Source: Phycisphaeraceae bacterium
GTDB taxonomy: Bacteria; Planctomycetota; Phycisphaerae; Phycisphaerales; Phycisphaeraceae
DNA length: 64,000 nt
Assembly (NCBI GenBank): GCA_963674705.1
Contig: OY771506.1
Location: 3,488,001 to 3,552,000 of the forward strand
Direction: 5' to 3'
In this document: positions 38,640-48,370 of the stretch, piece by piece
Layout of the letters: the number at the start of each line of letters is the position of its first letter
Numbering within the stretch: the stretch's first letter is position 1
Notes under the pieces: model-generated
The model's input: only the letters and a program-made list of their open reading frames with translations
Database searches by the model: none
Told to the model about the DNA's origin: nothing
Position numbers and translations under genes: made by a program

Positions 38640-40841
38640 TTACTTGGTCAGCAACTGCACCGCGTTGGAGGTCGGCAACGACAGGGCGCCGTGGGCACGG
38701 GCCGCTGCGATCGCCAGTTCGCCATCGCTGTTCTCTACCAGATCGAGGATGCGGTCGGTCGTGCCGACTTCGAGCATGTTGCCAAAGTAAGTGGCGGATT
38801 CGGCAAGGTGATCGAGCATGGCAAGCTGAAGCTGGCCATCAGTGCTGAGAGCCGAGTCGGCCAAGGCGGCCTGGGCATCGGCATCGTCGATCAGAGCCAG
38901 CACGCCGGCGGCGGCGACCTTCACTTCGTCTCGCTCGTCCTTCAGGGCCTGGATCAGGGCAGGCTCGGCTTCCATAACGTTGAAGACATCGCTGTCGACT
39001 GCGACCTCTCGCAGGAGCCTCAGAGCGGTCAGGGCGAACTGCGTGCTTTCTTCGGCACTGATGGCGCTACCCATGTAGGCGTTGGTCGCGGCTTGAACGG
39101 CGGTCGCCAGATCGTCCGTGTTGTCGCTCATCAATGCGGAACTGACGCGGGTGTCATTGGGGCCCAAGGCGTTACCGAGCCGGACCTGTTCTTCCTGGGT
39201 CTGCAGCGCGAGGATCGGCACGGAGCCGGTCTTGTAATCGTTGACGGTCTCGTTGCGGATCTGGATGACCATATCCGGCTTAACGGCGGTAACGATCAGG
39301 TCGACACCGGGCACTAGATTCAGGTCAGTGGAAACGTCTGCCATGCTCAGGCCGCCGAAGGCTTCAAAGCCCAGGTCGCCAAGAATGGCCAGCAGGTTGT
39401 TGACTGTGTCCTGGTCGTCAGCGAGGACGAGGGCGTAACGGGCGTCGCTTTGACGCACGGCTTCGGAAAGCACGGCGGTGACGCGGTGGGCACCCGGGAA
39501 GGTTTCGGACGGGCGGACCTTCGCCAGGGCTTCGGCCGCACGGAAACGCACGCGGCGGTCGGGGTAGGACAGGGCGGCGAGCAACGGCTGTTTGGCTGCG
39601 CCACGGTTGATCAAGGCATCGGTGCCTGCGGTGTTGGCAAGCGCTTCGATCGCGTCGAGCGCCAGTTCGGCGTCGGTATCGGCAATCGCACGGGCCAGTA
39701 CGTCGTGCAGACGCTCGGGGCCTGCGAGCATGGCGTAGAAGCCGGCGGGCTGAAGGTCGCTGGAGTAGCTCGGGTCGACCTTGTCTTCGGGCAGGCGGTT
39801 TTCACGACGGAGGTTGGCCATGAGGTAGAGGCTCAGGGCCGGATCGAGCGAGTTGTTCAGTTCCAAGGCTTTCTTGGATGAACGCATCGCTAGCACGTCG
39901 CCGTAGATCTCGCCGGGGACGATGATCGGGATCAGGCCGATCTTCGGGCCGTAGGTCCAGACCAGCCCGGACTCGATCGAGGCGTCGTAACCGGGGATGT
40001 TTTTGTTGGCGGAGGTCGCGGTGGTGTATTGAGATTCACCGAGTTGAAGCAGCCATTCAGCGGCGCTGAGGTTGGTGGGCTGACGGGTGGAAGCCATCAA
40101 CGCGTCGTAAGCGACCTGAACCACCTGGCGTGCTTCGGGATCAACGGTCGGCGATTCGAGCACCTGCTTCATCGCGGGCAGCGCCTGCGGGTAACCAATC
40201 TCTGAGAGCACCTGAGCGATGTGGCTCATGGTGATGGGGTCCAGATCGGGGAGTGCTGCGGACAGCGGGGCCACCAGAGGCTGGCCGATCGTCACCATGG
40301 ACGACAGGATGTAGGGATGCAGACGCGACTGGTCTTTATCCAGCAGCACAGCGAGCATCTGCGGCGCCGCGTACTGGCCTGCGGAGGCAAGACGCTGCGT
40401 CGCGTTGCGGTAAGCACGCTGACCCTGCGAGAGCAGTTCGATGTCCTGCTGGATGCGATCCGGGTTGCGGCTCAGCTCGATGCGTGCAGCCTGGATGCGA
40501 TCGTCAAGCGTCTTGGCGACGGTGACGAGGTTCGCATACTCGCTGTTGGCTTCACCCATCTTCGATGCGCGAGCGAGGGTGTTGACCCAGTCTTCCCGTT
40601 CGCTGGATTCGACGGTAGCGAGCAGCGTCGCGTTATCCGCCTGATCCAGCAGTGCCTGGCCGGTCGCTAACGCGAGGTCCGGCTTGGCGATCAGGACATA
40701 ATGGTTAAAGTCCTCCCAGAGCGCTTCAGGTGTCTGCGACTGGGCCAATAACGTACTGGGTATACAGGCTAGAACGGACAGCCAAAGACCCAACAACATA
40801 CGTTGCGTTCCCGACATGGATAAACTCCAGTGTGATTGCAA
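38640..40841 (-). CDS. Exported HEAT-repeat protein
   Basis: Signal peptide; repeated 'L..AL..D..VR..AA.AL' units. Confidence 0.8.
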   Translation of the reverse strand: MQSHWSLSMSGTQRMLLGLWLSVLACIPSTLLAQSQTPEALWEDFNHYVLIAKPDLALATGQALLDQADNATLLATVESSEREDWVNTLARASKMGEANSEYANLVTVAKTLDDRIQAARIELSRNPDRIQQDIELLSQGQRAYRNATQRLASAGQYAAPQMLAVLLDKDQSRLHPYILSSMVTIGQPLVAPLSAALPDLDPITMSHIAQVLSEIGYPQALPAMKQVLESPTVDPEARQVVQVAYDALMASTRQPTNLSAAEWLLQLGESQYTTATSANKNIPGYDASIESGLVWTYGPKIGLIPIIVPGEIYGDVLAMRSSKKALELNNSLDPALSLYLMANLRRENRLPEDKVDPSYSSDLQPAGFYAMLAGPERLHDVLARAIADTDAELALDAIEALANTAGTDALINRGAAKQPLLAALSYPDRRVRFRAAEALAKVRPSETFPGAHRVTAVLSEAVRQSDARYALVLADDQDTVNNLLAILGDLGFEAFGGLSMADVSTDLNLVPGVDLIVTAVKPDMVIQIRNETVNDYKTGSVPILALQTQEEQVRLGNALGPNDTRVSSALMSDNTDDLATAVQAATNAYMGSAISAEESTQFALTALRLLREVAVDSDVFNVMEAEPALIQALKDERDEVKVAAAGVLALIDDADAQAALADSALSTDGQLQLAMLDHLAESATYFGNMLEVGTTDRILDLVENSDGELAIAAARAHGALSLPTSNAVQLLTK

Positions 40842-41074
40842 GTCAGGTAATCACATCAATCTATCGCTGATCCGCGGGAGCGTCAAACGCTGGGAAGGCT
40901 GAACGGATGGGGGAGGTGGGCTGGCGGGAATGAGTTGCGGCTGGGGGAGTGCTGAGGGAGGAAGGCTGAGTGCTGAGGTAAGGTTGGTAATGCCAATCGC
41001 CTCCTAGCTATTGGATCGTATCAGCCTTTAAATTATTGGCTTATGAACTGCTTAGGGTGTGTAGTTGTCGCTGA

Positions 41075-41989
41075 CTAGACGTAATGCTTCACCCAGTCAA
41101 ACTCGCCGGGCTCCCATTCCTGGGTGACGCTTTTGGCTTCGTCGAACAGGGCTTCGACCTCGGCCACGGGTAGGGCGGGGGGCTGGGCTTTGATGATGCG
41201 GACGAGTTGTTCGAGTTGGGTCAGTGAATCGCAGCCGATGACGGCCGAGTCGATGTCCTGGTTGATGGAGAAGCGCAGGTAGGGCGTGATGTCGGCGGTG
41301 TGTTTGGCGCGGCCGGCGCCCATGACTTTCATGCCGAGCACGGCCAGGTTCCGCTTGCGCGCTTCGGGGATGATCTGCTTGAGGTAGCTGTAGTGGTAAG
41401 CCTCATTGAAGATGCCCACGGGGATGAGGATCGCCTCGAAGGGGTAGGCGTCCATGGCCTTGATGTGGTTATGCTTGAAGCAGTGGCCTGAGGCGCCGAC
41501 GTGTTTGATGTGGCCGGCGTCGCGGAATTCTTCGATTGCTTTGAGCACGCCGTCGGGCTTCAGGGCGTTAGCGGTGTCCTGATCGTCTTCGATGCCGTGG
41601 ATGTAGAACAGGTCGATGCGGTCGGACTGGAGGGACTTCAGCGACTGCTCAATGTCTTTGCGAGCACCGTCGTAATCACGTTTATATGACTTGGTGCAGA
41701 TGAAGATGTCGTCGCGATGGCCTTTCAGAGCCAGGCCGAGTCGTTTTTCACTTTGGCCGTTGCCGTAGCCGGCAGCGGTGTCGAACGTATTCACGCCGAG
41801 TTCGATCGCACGGTGGACCAGCTCGACTGCCTCGGCTTCGGGAATCTGCGTATCCCACTTGACTCCGCCGAGTGTCAGCAGCGATGCGTTCCAGTCGAGA
41901 CCGCGCAACTCGCGTTTGGGCATGGTTGCGTGCAGTGTGTCTTGTTCGTTGAAGGTTTGAGTGGTCATGTCAATTATGATACCGGGCAT
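41075..41989 (-). CDS. Aldo/keto reductase
   Basis: GVNTFDTAAGYGNGQSE, ICTK, DRIDLFYIH, GMKVMG. Confidence 0.92.
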   Translation of the reverse strand: MPGIIIDMTTQTFNEQDTLHATMPKRELRGLDWNASLLTLGGVKWDTQIPEAEAVELVHRAIELGVNTFDTAAGYGNGQSEKRLGLALKGHRDDIFICTKSYKRDYDGARKDIEQSLKSLQSDRIDLFYIHGIEDDQDTANALKPDGVLKAIEEFRDAGHIKHVGASGHCFKHNHIKAMDAYPFEAILIPVGIFNEAYHYSYLKQIIPEARKRNLAVLGMKVMGAGRAKHTADITPYLRFSINQDIDSAVIGCDSLTQLEQLVRIIKAQPPALPVAEVEALFDEAKSVTQEWEPGEFDWVKHYV

Positions 41990-42043
41990 CGATCAGCAAT
42001 CACGCATGAATCGACAAAACCATGTTAAATACATGACGAGCCT

Positions 42044-42976
42044 ATGATGGTAGAGCGTGTAACTTGTTACTTGGGAAAGTGGAGGTCCTCCGTGATCAAC
42101 TTCTTTGCTGCGGTTCTGGTGATCGGATTTGTGTCTGTAGGTTTTGCAATGGCGGAGTCATCACCAGCGCAGCCCTATCCGGGCTATGAACTGATCTGGC
42201 AGGATGAGTTTGATGTGGATGGCCCGCCGAATCCTGCGAACTGGACGTATGAAGAGGGCTTTGTCCGCAACGAAGAGTTGCAGTGGTATCAACCGGAGAA
42301 CGCGCAATGTGTGGATGGGAAACTCGTGATCGAAGCGAAACGCGTTGATTTGCCGAATCCGAATTACGAAGCGGACAGCGACGACTGGCGCTTGAATCGG
42401 CCGAGGATCGAATACACCTCGGCGTGCGTAAGGACGATGGGCCTGCAGCAGTGGTTGTACGGCCGATTCGAGATACGTGCGAAGATCGATATCGGTGCTG
42501 GGCTCTGGCCCGCGATCTGGATGCTAGGATCGGCGCGCGGTTGGCCGGGCTGCGGCGAGATCGACATCATGGAGTATTACCGAGGCAAGATATGGGCCAA
42601 TGCCGCATGGGCATCAGGCACGGGCGGTCGATGGGGTTCGAAGTGGGATTCGTCAGCGACGCCAATCGAGGAACTGACGGACAAGTCGCCAGCCGAATGG
42701 GCGTCTGAGTTTCATGTCTGGCGGATGGACTGGGATGAGAATCAGATCAAGCTCTATATCGATGATCGGCTGCTGAACACGATCGAGTTGGACAAGACCG
42801 TGAACGGGACCAAAGACGGCGCCAATCCCTTTCACGAACCGCAATACATGCTGCTGAACTTCGCGATCGGCGGGAACAACGGCGGCGACCCGAGCGGAAC
42901 GGAATTCCCACGGCGGTATGTGATCGATTATGTGCGGGTGTATCAGAAGTCAGAAAATCCCGGACAGAATCGTTGA
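42044..42976 (+). CDS. Secreted glycoside hydrolase family 16 (laminarinase-like)
   Basis: WQDEFD, YGRFEIRAK, WPAIWML, catalytic GEIDIMEY, IDYVRVYQ. Confidence 0.93.
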   Translation: MMVERVTCYLGKWRSSVINFFAAVLVIGFVSVGFAMAESSPAQPYPGYELIWQDEFDVDGPPNPANWTYEEGFVRNEELQWYQPENAQCVDGKLVIEAKRVDLPNPNYEADSDDWRLNRPRIEYTSACVRTMGLQQWLYGRFEIRAKIDIGAGLWPAIWMLGSARGWPGCGEIDIMEYYRGKIWANAAWASGTGGRWGSKWDSSATPIEELTDKSPAEWASEFHVWRMDWDENQIKLYIDDRLLNTIELDKTVNGTKDGANPFHEPQYMLLNFAIGGNNGGDPSGTEFPRRYVIDYVRVYQKSENPGQNR

Positions 42977-43000
42977 ACGGAATCACATCCTCTGGATACG

Positions 43001-43032
43001 AAAAACCGCGCCGGCTTCTGGCCGACGCGGGT
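43001..43032 (-). terminator. Probable intrinsic terminator
   Basis: CCGCG-CGGC hairpin with A-run on its left (T-run on the minus strand), between convergent genes. Confidence 0.55.
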
Positions 43033-43080
43033 AAACGTGGAAGGAATACAGGAGTACTATTAGTAGGTCGTCATATGCGA

Positions 43081-43965
43081 TCAGCGACGGCGTCCGCTTG
43101 CGATTGCCAATGCGCCCAGGCCCAGCAGCGCGAGCGATGCCGGTTCGGGGACGAGTGTGATGGTCACGCCACCGTTTTCTTCGACAACGCTGAAGGCCGC
43201 GGCATCGTTGGCGCCGTTGTACTGGATCGTGTTGTTGCTCAGGAACAGGTCGGCGTCGAGTTCAGCGATCGTGTAGTTCTCGAAGCGCAACGTGCCGGTC
43301 GAGCCGGGTAAGAAGTTGAGCGACTTATCGAGTGCGTCGCCGCCGTAGAAACCTGAGTAGAAGGTGGAGCCGTCGAGGACGATCGTGCCGCCCGTGAGTA
43401 GGACGCTGCCCGGGCCGTCGGCGAAGGAGATCAGGTTCCCGACAACCATCGTGCCGGCGGACATGGTGAAGTCATCGATCGGTTTGAATTCGTTGCCGAC
43501 GTTGAGCGTACCACCGAGGACGTTCAGTGCACCGGTGTTGGTCGGGTCATAGATGACGTTGTCGTTGAGGTTAAGCGTGCCTGCCGAGACCTGGAAGACC
43601 GAAGCAGCATCACGGATGATGTTGCCGGCCGTGCCTTGGTTGAACGTGCCACCCGCGACATCGACCACGCCACCGGTCATCTGGATCCATGCGATCCCAA
43701 CGACTTGCGTCCAGCTGCCACCGGTGATCTGAAGCGTGCCGCCGTTGTGCAGGGCGAGGTCGCCGCCGGGGGTGTAGGTGACGTCACCCGCGGTGATCTG
43801 TGCGGTATCACCGTTGGCGGTATCAGGCAGGGCGTCGCCGATCCAGTTGGTATTAACGGTGTACTCACCGTCCGTGCCGTTCCAGACGACCACGTCTGCG
43901 GTTGCGTAGGTTGAGCCCAAGCCGATTGCCAGGGCCGTTGCTAAAAGTTTGATAGGGGTCTTCAT
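43081..43965 (-). CDS. PEP-CTERM protein
   Basis: AGGAGGAG SD, signal peptide MKTPIKLLA..ATA, C-terminal VPEPASLALLGLGAL..RRR. Confidence 0.9.
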   Translation of the reverse strand: MKTPIKLLATALAIGLGSTYATADVVVWNGTDGEYTVNTNWIGDALPDTANGDTAQITAGDVTYTPGGDLALHNGGTLQITGGSWTQVVGIAWIQMTGGVVDVAGGTFNQGTAGNIIRDAASVFQVSAGTLNLNDNVIYDPTNTGALNVLGGTLNVGNEFKPIDDFTMSAGTMVVGNLISFADGPGSVLLTGGTIVLDGSTFYSGFYGGDALDKSLNFLPGSTGTLRFENYTIAELDADLFLSNNTIQYNGANDAAAFSVVEENGGVTITLVPEPASLALLGLGALAIASGRRR

Positions 43966-44043
43966 TTTCTCCTCCTGGTAAGAATTGTGCGTAGACAAGA
44001 TCTTTTTGCGTTCTCTGTTGATGCCCACGAGGGCGGGTAAGTG

Positions 44044-45048
44044 TTATGAATCTCCTGAAAGTGTCGCGGTGGATTCCAAGGGTTCGAACCAGCAGTCGAG
44101 TTTGATCTGCCGGGCTTTGTCTTGCTGGTGGATCAGTTCAAGCAGGTGCTGTAACGCCTTTCGACCGAGCAGTTCTGCATCCTGGCAGACCGCGGAAAGC
44201 TGTGGGAAGGAGCCGAAACGGTCGTGCGTGTCGTCGAAGCCAATGACGGATAAGTCGCGTGGGATACGCACGCCCATGCGCAGCGCTTCGTTGCAGAGGC
44301 CAAGGCCGAGCGCCGGGTCGGACATGAAGATGGCGGTGGGGCGGTCGGACAGGGCCATGAGTTGGCGGAGTATGGCGCCGCCGCCGGATGGCTGGGCAGG
44401 GTTGCGCACGATCCAACGTCCATCGGTGGGGAGTTCGGAACGCGAGAGAAAACGTTGGTAAGCGTCGAGCCGCTTGGCGTGGTCGAAGTCGTCCACGACG
44501 TTCAATGCGATCGCGATCTTGCGGTGGCCCAGGTCGACTAAGTGTTCCAATGCCCGTTCGATCGCGCTGTCTGCATCGCTGTACACACAACCGACACGGT
44601 CGTTGTCGATACGGTCGGCGATGGCGACGGTGGGAAAGCCTTCCTCCGCCAGTTCGTCGCACATGGTGTGTGTCGCGGTGGTCGTGCGGAGTAACGCACC
44701 GGCCACGCCCCGGCGCAGCATCATCTGGCCTAACGACTCACCCGGGCCGCGCCCCCGAGCGGCGTTGATGATCATCAGGTCGTGATCGGTCTGGTTCAGT
44801 TCTTCAGCGATACCATGCAGTACGGAGGAGTCGAAAGAGGAGTCCAGCGAGGATTGGCCGCGGTAGACCAGAGCGATGGAAGTCGTGGCCTTACGCGAAC
44901 CGATCGCGGAGGAGGCCCGCATGCTGTTGGCTGCCTGCAGCACCTTTGCTCGTGCCTTGGGGCTGACGTGCGGCTGGTTGTTCAATACACGTGATACCGT
45001 GCCGACCGACACGTTGGCGGTTTTCGCGATTTCTCGAACGCTGGGCAA
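44044..45048 (-). CDS. LacI-family transcriptional regulator
   Basis: SVREIAKTANVSVGTVSRVLN HTH, GHRKIA, IPRDLSVIGFDD; TTG start after GGAGAGGAG. Confidence 0.93.
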   Translation of the reverse strand: MPSVREIAKTANVSVGTVSRVLNNQPHVSPKARAKVLQAANSMRASSAIGSRKATTSIALVYRGQSSLDSSFDSSVLHGIAEELNQTDHDLMIINAARGRGPGESLGQMMLRRGVAGALLRTTTATHTMCDELAEEGFPTVAIADRIDNDRVGCVYSDADSAIERALEHLVDLGHRKIAIALNVVDDFDHAKRLDAYQRFLSRSELPTDGRWIVRNPAQPSGGGAILRQLMALSDRPTAIFMSDPALGLGLCNEALRMGVRIPRDLSVIGFDDTHDRFGSFPQLSAVCQDAELLGRKALQHLLELIHQQDKARQIKLDCWFEPLESTATLSGDS

Positions 45049-45072
45049 AGCTCCTCTCCTGGTGATGCAATT

Positions 45073-45092
45073 AATTGGGACAAGTTCCAATT
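45073..45092. promoter_or_regulatory. Candidate autoregulatory operator
   Basis: Imperfect palindrome AATTGGGACAAGTTCCAATT 25 nt upstream of the LacI-family start. Confidence 0.45.
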
Positions 45093-45458
45093 ATGTACCA
45101 ATATTCTACAATGTCTATCTCCCTGTTCAATGAGGTTTTGGACGATTTCATGAGTTTTCAGGTGTTTCATCCCGGAAACACACATCTGGAGGGGCTGTAC
45201 GGGCAATCTGAGCCGCCGTGCCCTCACGGCGGACCGCGTCGAGGGTGACGCGGCTTTGTTACAGCAATCGAACAGCACATTCTGTCGTGGTGTGGCCGTG
45301 TCCGCCCCCTCCCTCTGATTTGGGGCTGAATTGTCGTTATCTACTTGTCAAAGAACGGATTGCGCGATGTCCGCTTTCCGGGGTAGGACGTCCGGGCCCG
45401 CGTTTACTGTCCGTTGATGCGTCAGGCGGACACAGGTGCGGCCATAGGTGACGCGATG

Positions 45459-45490
45459 AAAAAAAGCGTCGTCCCTTATAGGGTGCGACG
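45459..45490 (-). terminator. Intrinsic terminator downstream of the ferredoxin-PAS-SpoIIE operon
   Basis: Minus strand CGTCGCACCC-TATAA-GGGACGACGC-TTTTTTT. Confidence 0.65.
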
Positions 45491-45619
45491 ACGGATTGGT
45501 GCGCACAATGGGGGATGACCGTGAAGTGCGGCAGTCGCTATGTTTGGATTGAGAACGCTCTATACGCCCGTATCGCGGCATCAAGTAGGAAGCGGTTGTT
45601 TTTAACTGAGGGGCTTGAG

Positions 45620-46789
45620 TCAGCAGTATTCGACCTGGACGCGTTTGTGCAGACGTTCCAAGAGCTCGACGTAGCGGTCGATCAGGCCCTTGCGGAGCGA
45701 GACTTCGCGGGGCAGCAGGGGGTTCTGGTAGTACTCGTTGATCTGCTGGCCGACGATCATGTAGATGTGGTCGGTTTCGAGGATGGCTCGGGCGAGCATG
45801 ACAGCACCGTTGTGTTCGTTGGGCAGGCGGGAGATGACCGTGTTGCACTGCTCGATCATCTCGAGCGCTTTGTTCATGGTGAGGATGCCTTCGGTCACCA
45901 GGTCGATGCCGGGCAGTTTTGCGATGGGCGGGATGTCCGGGGTCATGCTTTCGATATCGACTTCGGCGAGTTGGCCGAGGTATCGACCCACGATATTGCC
46001 GGTGGTGCCGCCGCAGACGACCTTTCGGCCATCGAAGTTCAGGACGCGCTCAGCGATCTTTGCATCGTCGGCTTCGTTTAAAGGCGGGCCGGTGAAGAGG
46101 ATCATGGCGCTCTTATGCCGAACGAGCATCCCCGCGAAGCTGGCGTCGTCTCCGATGTTATCGCGGTAATGATTCGCGACTTCGTGCATAAGCCCTTCGA
46201 CGATCCCGCGTGCGACCGGTCCGGCGAGCATGGCCTGTTTTTCCGTGCTCCTGGCGACGTTATCCCAGCCCCAGCCGAAGTCCATCGAAGCGCCGAGGCC
46301 GGCGTGCGGAACGCCGTCGCTTAATAGTGCGATGAAGTCGCCGAGTTCGAGCTTGCCCTCGTAGACTTCGATGGTTTTGCCGCTGATCTCCTGCCTGCGG
46401 TAGCCGGGTTGGTTGAGCCGTCCCTGCTTGAGGTGGATCGGGGCGGGGTTGTCGAAGTTGGCGATCATGTAATTGAGCGTGCTGTTATCGACAACGATGA
46501 CGGAAAACGTCGCGTAAGCCAGCAGCCTTTCCTGGCAGACCGGCAGCGTGCTGATGACGGTATCCAGCACATCCTCCAGCGAGATGTTTTCGCTGAGCAT
46601 GGTGACGAGGATTTCCGCGGTCATGGTGGAGAGGATGTTGGCTTTGACGCCGCTACCCAGCCCGTCGGAGAGGACGAGGACGGTTCTTTCGTTCGTTCGC
46701 CTTACGCGCACGCCATCGCCGCAGAGCTCTTCGCCTGTCTTGGTCAGTTGCTTGCTGTGGATGTCGAGGAAGAAGGGCACGTCAGTCAA
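45620..46789 (-). CDS. SpoIIE/PP2C-family Ser/Thr phosphatase (HfsC-like)
   Basis: EELCGD, LSDGLGSGVKANILS, TLPVC..AYATF, SDGVPHAG, GDDAS, VCGGTT, DLVTEGILT. Confidence 0.9.
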   Translation of the reverse strand: MTDVPFFLDIHSKQLTKTGEELCGDGVRVRRTNERTVLVLSDGLGSGVKANILSTMTAEILVTMLSENISLEDVLDTVISTLPVCQERLLAYATFSVIVVDNSTLNYMIANFDNPAPIHLKQGRLNQPGYRRQEISGKTIEVYEGKLELGDFIALLSDGVPHAGLGASMDFGWGWDNVARSTEKQAMLAGPVARGIVEGLMHEVANHYRDNIGDDASFAGMLVRHKSAMILFTGPPLNEADDAKIAERVLNFDGRKVVCGGTTGNIVGRYLGQLAEVDIESMTPDIPPIAKLPGIDLVTEGILTMNKALEMIEQCNTVISRLPNEHNGAVMLARAILETDHIYMIVGQQINEYYQNPLLPREVSLRKGLIDRYVELLERLHKRVQVEYC

Positions 46790-47306
46790 TCTCGCGTCGG
46801 AGGGTTTCCATCAACTTGATCAGACTCACCTTGGTTTCGGCAGTGGCTTCACCTAAGAGGCTTGCGATTTCCTGTGCGACCTTCATGTGCTTGTCAACCA
46901 CGGCCCCGACCTGCGAAACGGCTTCGTCCCGGACGTTACGCAATTCTTCAGCGCTGCGGCGTCTCTCCGTCATGTCGATGAAGATACAGGCGACCACTGT
47001 TGGGTTATCCATCTTGAACAGGCGCAAATCGAAAACCTTTGGCGGATTACCTGCACGAAGTTCCTTGGACCAGGTGGTATCTTCACCTCGTTTGAGGCGG
47101 TCGAACGTCTGCTCGAACATCGAGGCGTCTTCGAGGACCTCGGTGATCTGTTTGCCTAAAACTTCACCGCGCGTAACGCTGAATAACTCGCAGAACGCCC
47201 GATTAACCAGCAGGACCCGTCGGTCGGCATCCACAGCAACGACGCCGTTGGGATCGTGATCCCACAGCTTCTCCCAGATTGATTTGTTGGTTTCGATGCC
47301 GCTCAT
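46782..47306 (-). CDS. PAS-domain protein with HydS/HfsB-like C-terminal helix
   Basis: [18 protein letters not shown] (PAS); tail [30 protein letters not shown]. Confidence 0.85.
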   Translation of the reverse strand: [174 protein letters not shown]

Positions 47307-47623
47307 TATTTACCCTTGGCTTCGATCAGTACGAGCAGTTCCCGCTCGAAGATTTCGTCGATGGTTTCGGTTGTGATGCCGGTGGCGAGGTAGCCGTCGT
47401 AGTACATGACGATGCCGTCGGTACAGGGGCCCAGGCAGAACGAGCCCTTGAGTTTGACCTTGTCATCGACGCAGTATTTTGCCATGAGCTGCCGCAGGCG
47501 TTGCAGGACGGCGTGAGCGCCCTTGTGGTGGCAGGCTGAGCCCACGCAGAGGTATAACGCATCGCGTTCGAGCATGCCTTCCAGGGGCGTTTTCTGGTTG
47601 CAGATGGGCGGGTCTTCACTCAT
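47306..47623 (-). CDS. Thioredoxin-like [2Fe-2S] ferredoxin (NuoE/HfsA-like)
   Basis: CVGSACHHKG and GSFCLGPC give four Cys ligands. Confidence 0.88.
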   Translation of the reverse strand: MSEDPPICNQKTPLEGMLERDALYLCVGSACHHKGAHAVLQRLRQLMAKYCVDDKVKLKGSFCLGPCTDGIVMYYDGYLATGITTETIDEIFERELLVLIEAKGK

Positions 47624-47734
47624 GGTGATTGGTGGTGGTGCGGCGTTGCGGTGAGTCAGCGATTATATCGGCAAGATGACAGGGCAGTCTGATACTGGGC
47701 GATTAACCCGTAGCTGTGTTATGCTTGTTAGCTG

Positions 47735-48370
47735 ATGCAAGCCATATTTGAGATAGCCAGGGACTTGATGGTGCGCGGCGGCGTGGTGATGTGGCCGTTG
47801 CTGGCGCTGAGTCTGCTGTCTGCCACGCTGATTTTCGAGCGGTGCTGGTTCTTCATGTTCTCGAACCATCCCGGGCGGATGGCAAGAGTGCGTTACATGG
47901 CCCGGTGCCTGCGCGAGGGCAATCACAACGAAGCTCAAGCGATTGCCAAGACGGACGGGGGCATCTACGGCAAGGTGGTTCAACGGATTTTATTCGAGAA
48001 GCCTACGCAAGCCTCGGCGATCGAGGTGGTGGAGTTCTACCGGCCCAAGCTGGAGCGTTTCATGCCGACGCTCTCGACGATCATCACGGTCGCACCGATG
48101 CTGGGTATCCTCGGGACGGTGCTAGGGATCATCAGCAGCTTCCAATTATTGTCTGATCCGGGGGCGGTGTCGGACCCGCGGTCGGTCAGCCTTGGGATTG
48201 CTGAAGCACTGTTCACGACCGCGGCGGGTTTGGTGGTCGCGATCCTGACCTTGTTTCCCTACAACGCTTTACGCGTGCAGGTGGAACGTTCACTTTCTGC
48301 AATCGAGACACTCGCCTGGGCGGCAGTGGATGATGAAAAATCTGAAAAGTCTCAAGATTCTGTGGGTTAA
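47735..48370 (+). CDS. MotA/TolQ/ExbB proton-channel family protein
   Basis: GGVVMWPL, APMLGILGTVLGII..F, GIAEALFTTAAGL. Confidence 0.92.
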   Translation: MQAIFEIARDLMVRGGVVMWPLLALSLLSATLIFERCWFFMFSNHPGRMARVRYMARCLREGNHNEAQAIAKTDGGIYGKVVQRILFEKPTQASAIEVVEFYRPKLERFMPTLSTIITVAPMLGILGTVLGIISSFQLLSDPGAVSDPRSVSLGIAEALFTTAAGLVVAILTLFPYNALRVQVERSLSAIETLAWAAVDDEKSEKSQDSVG

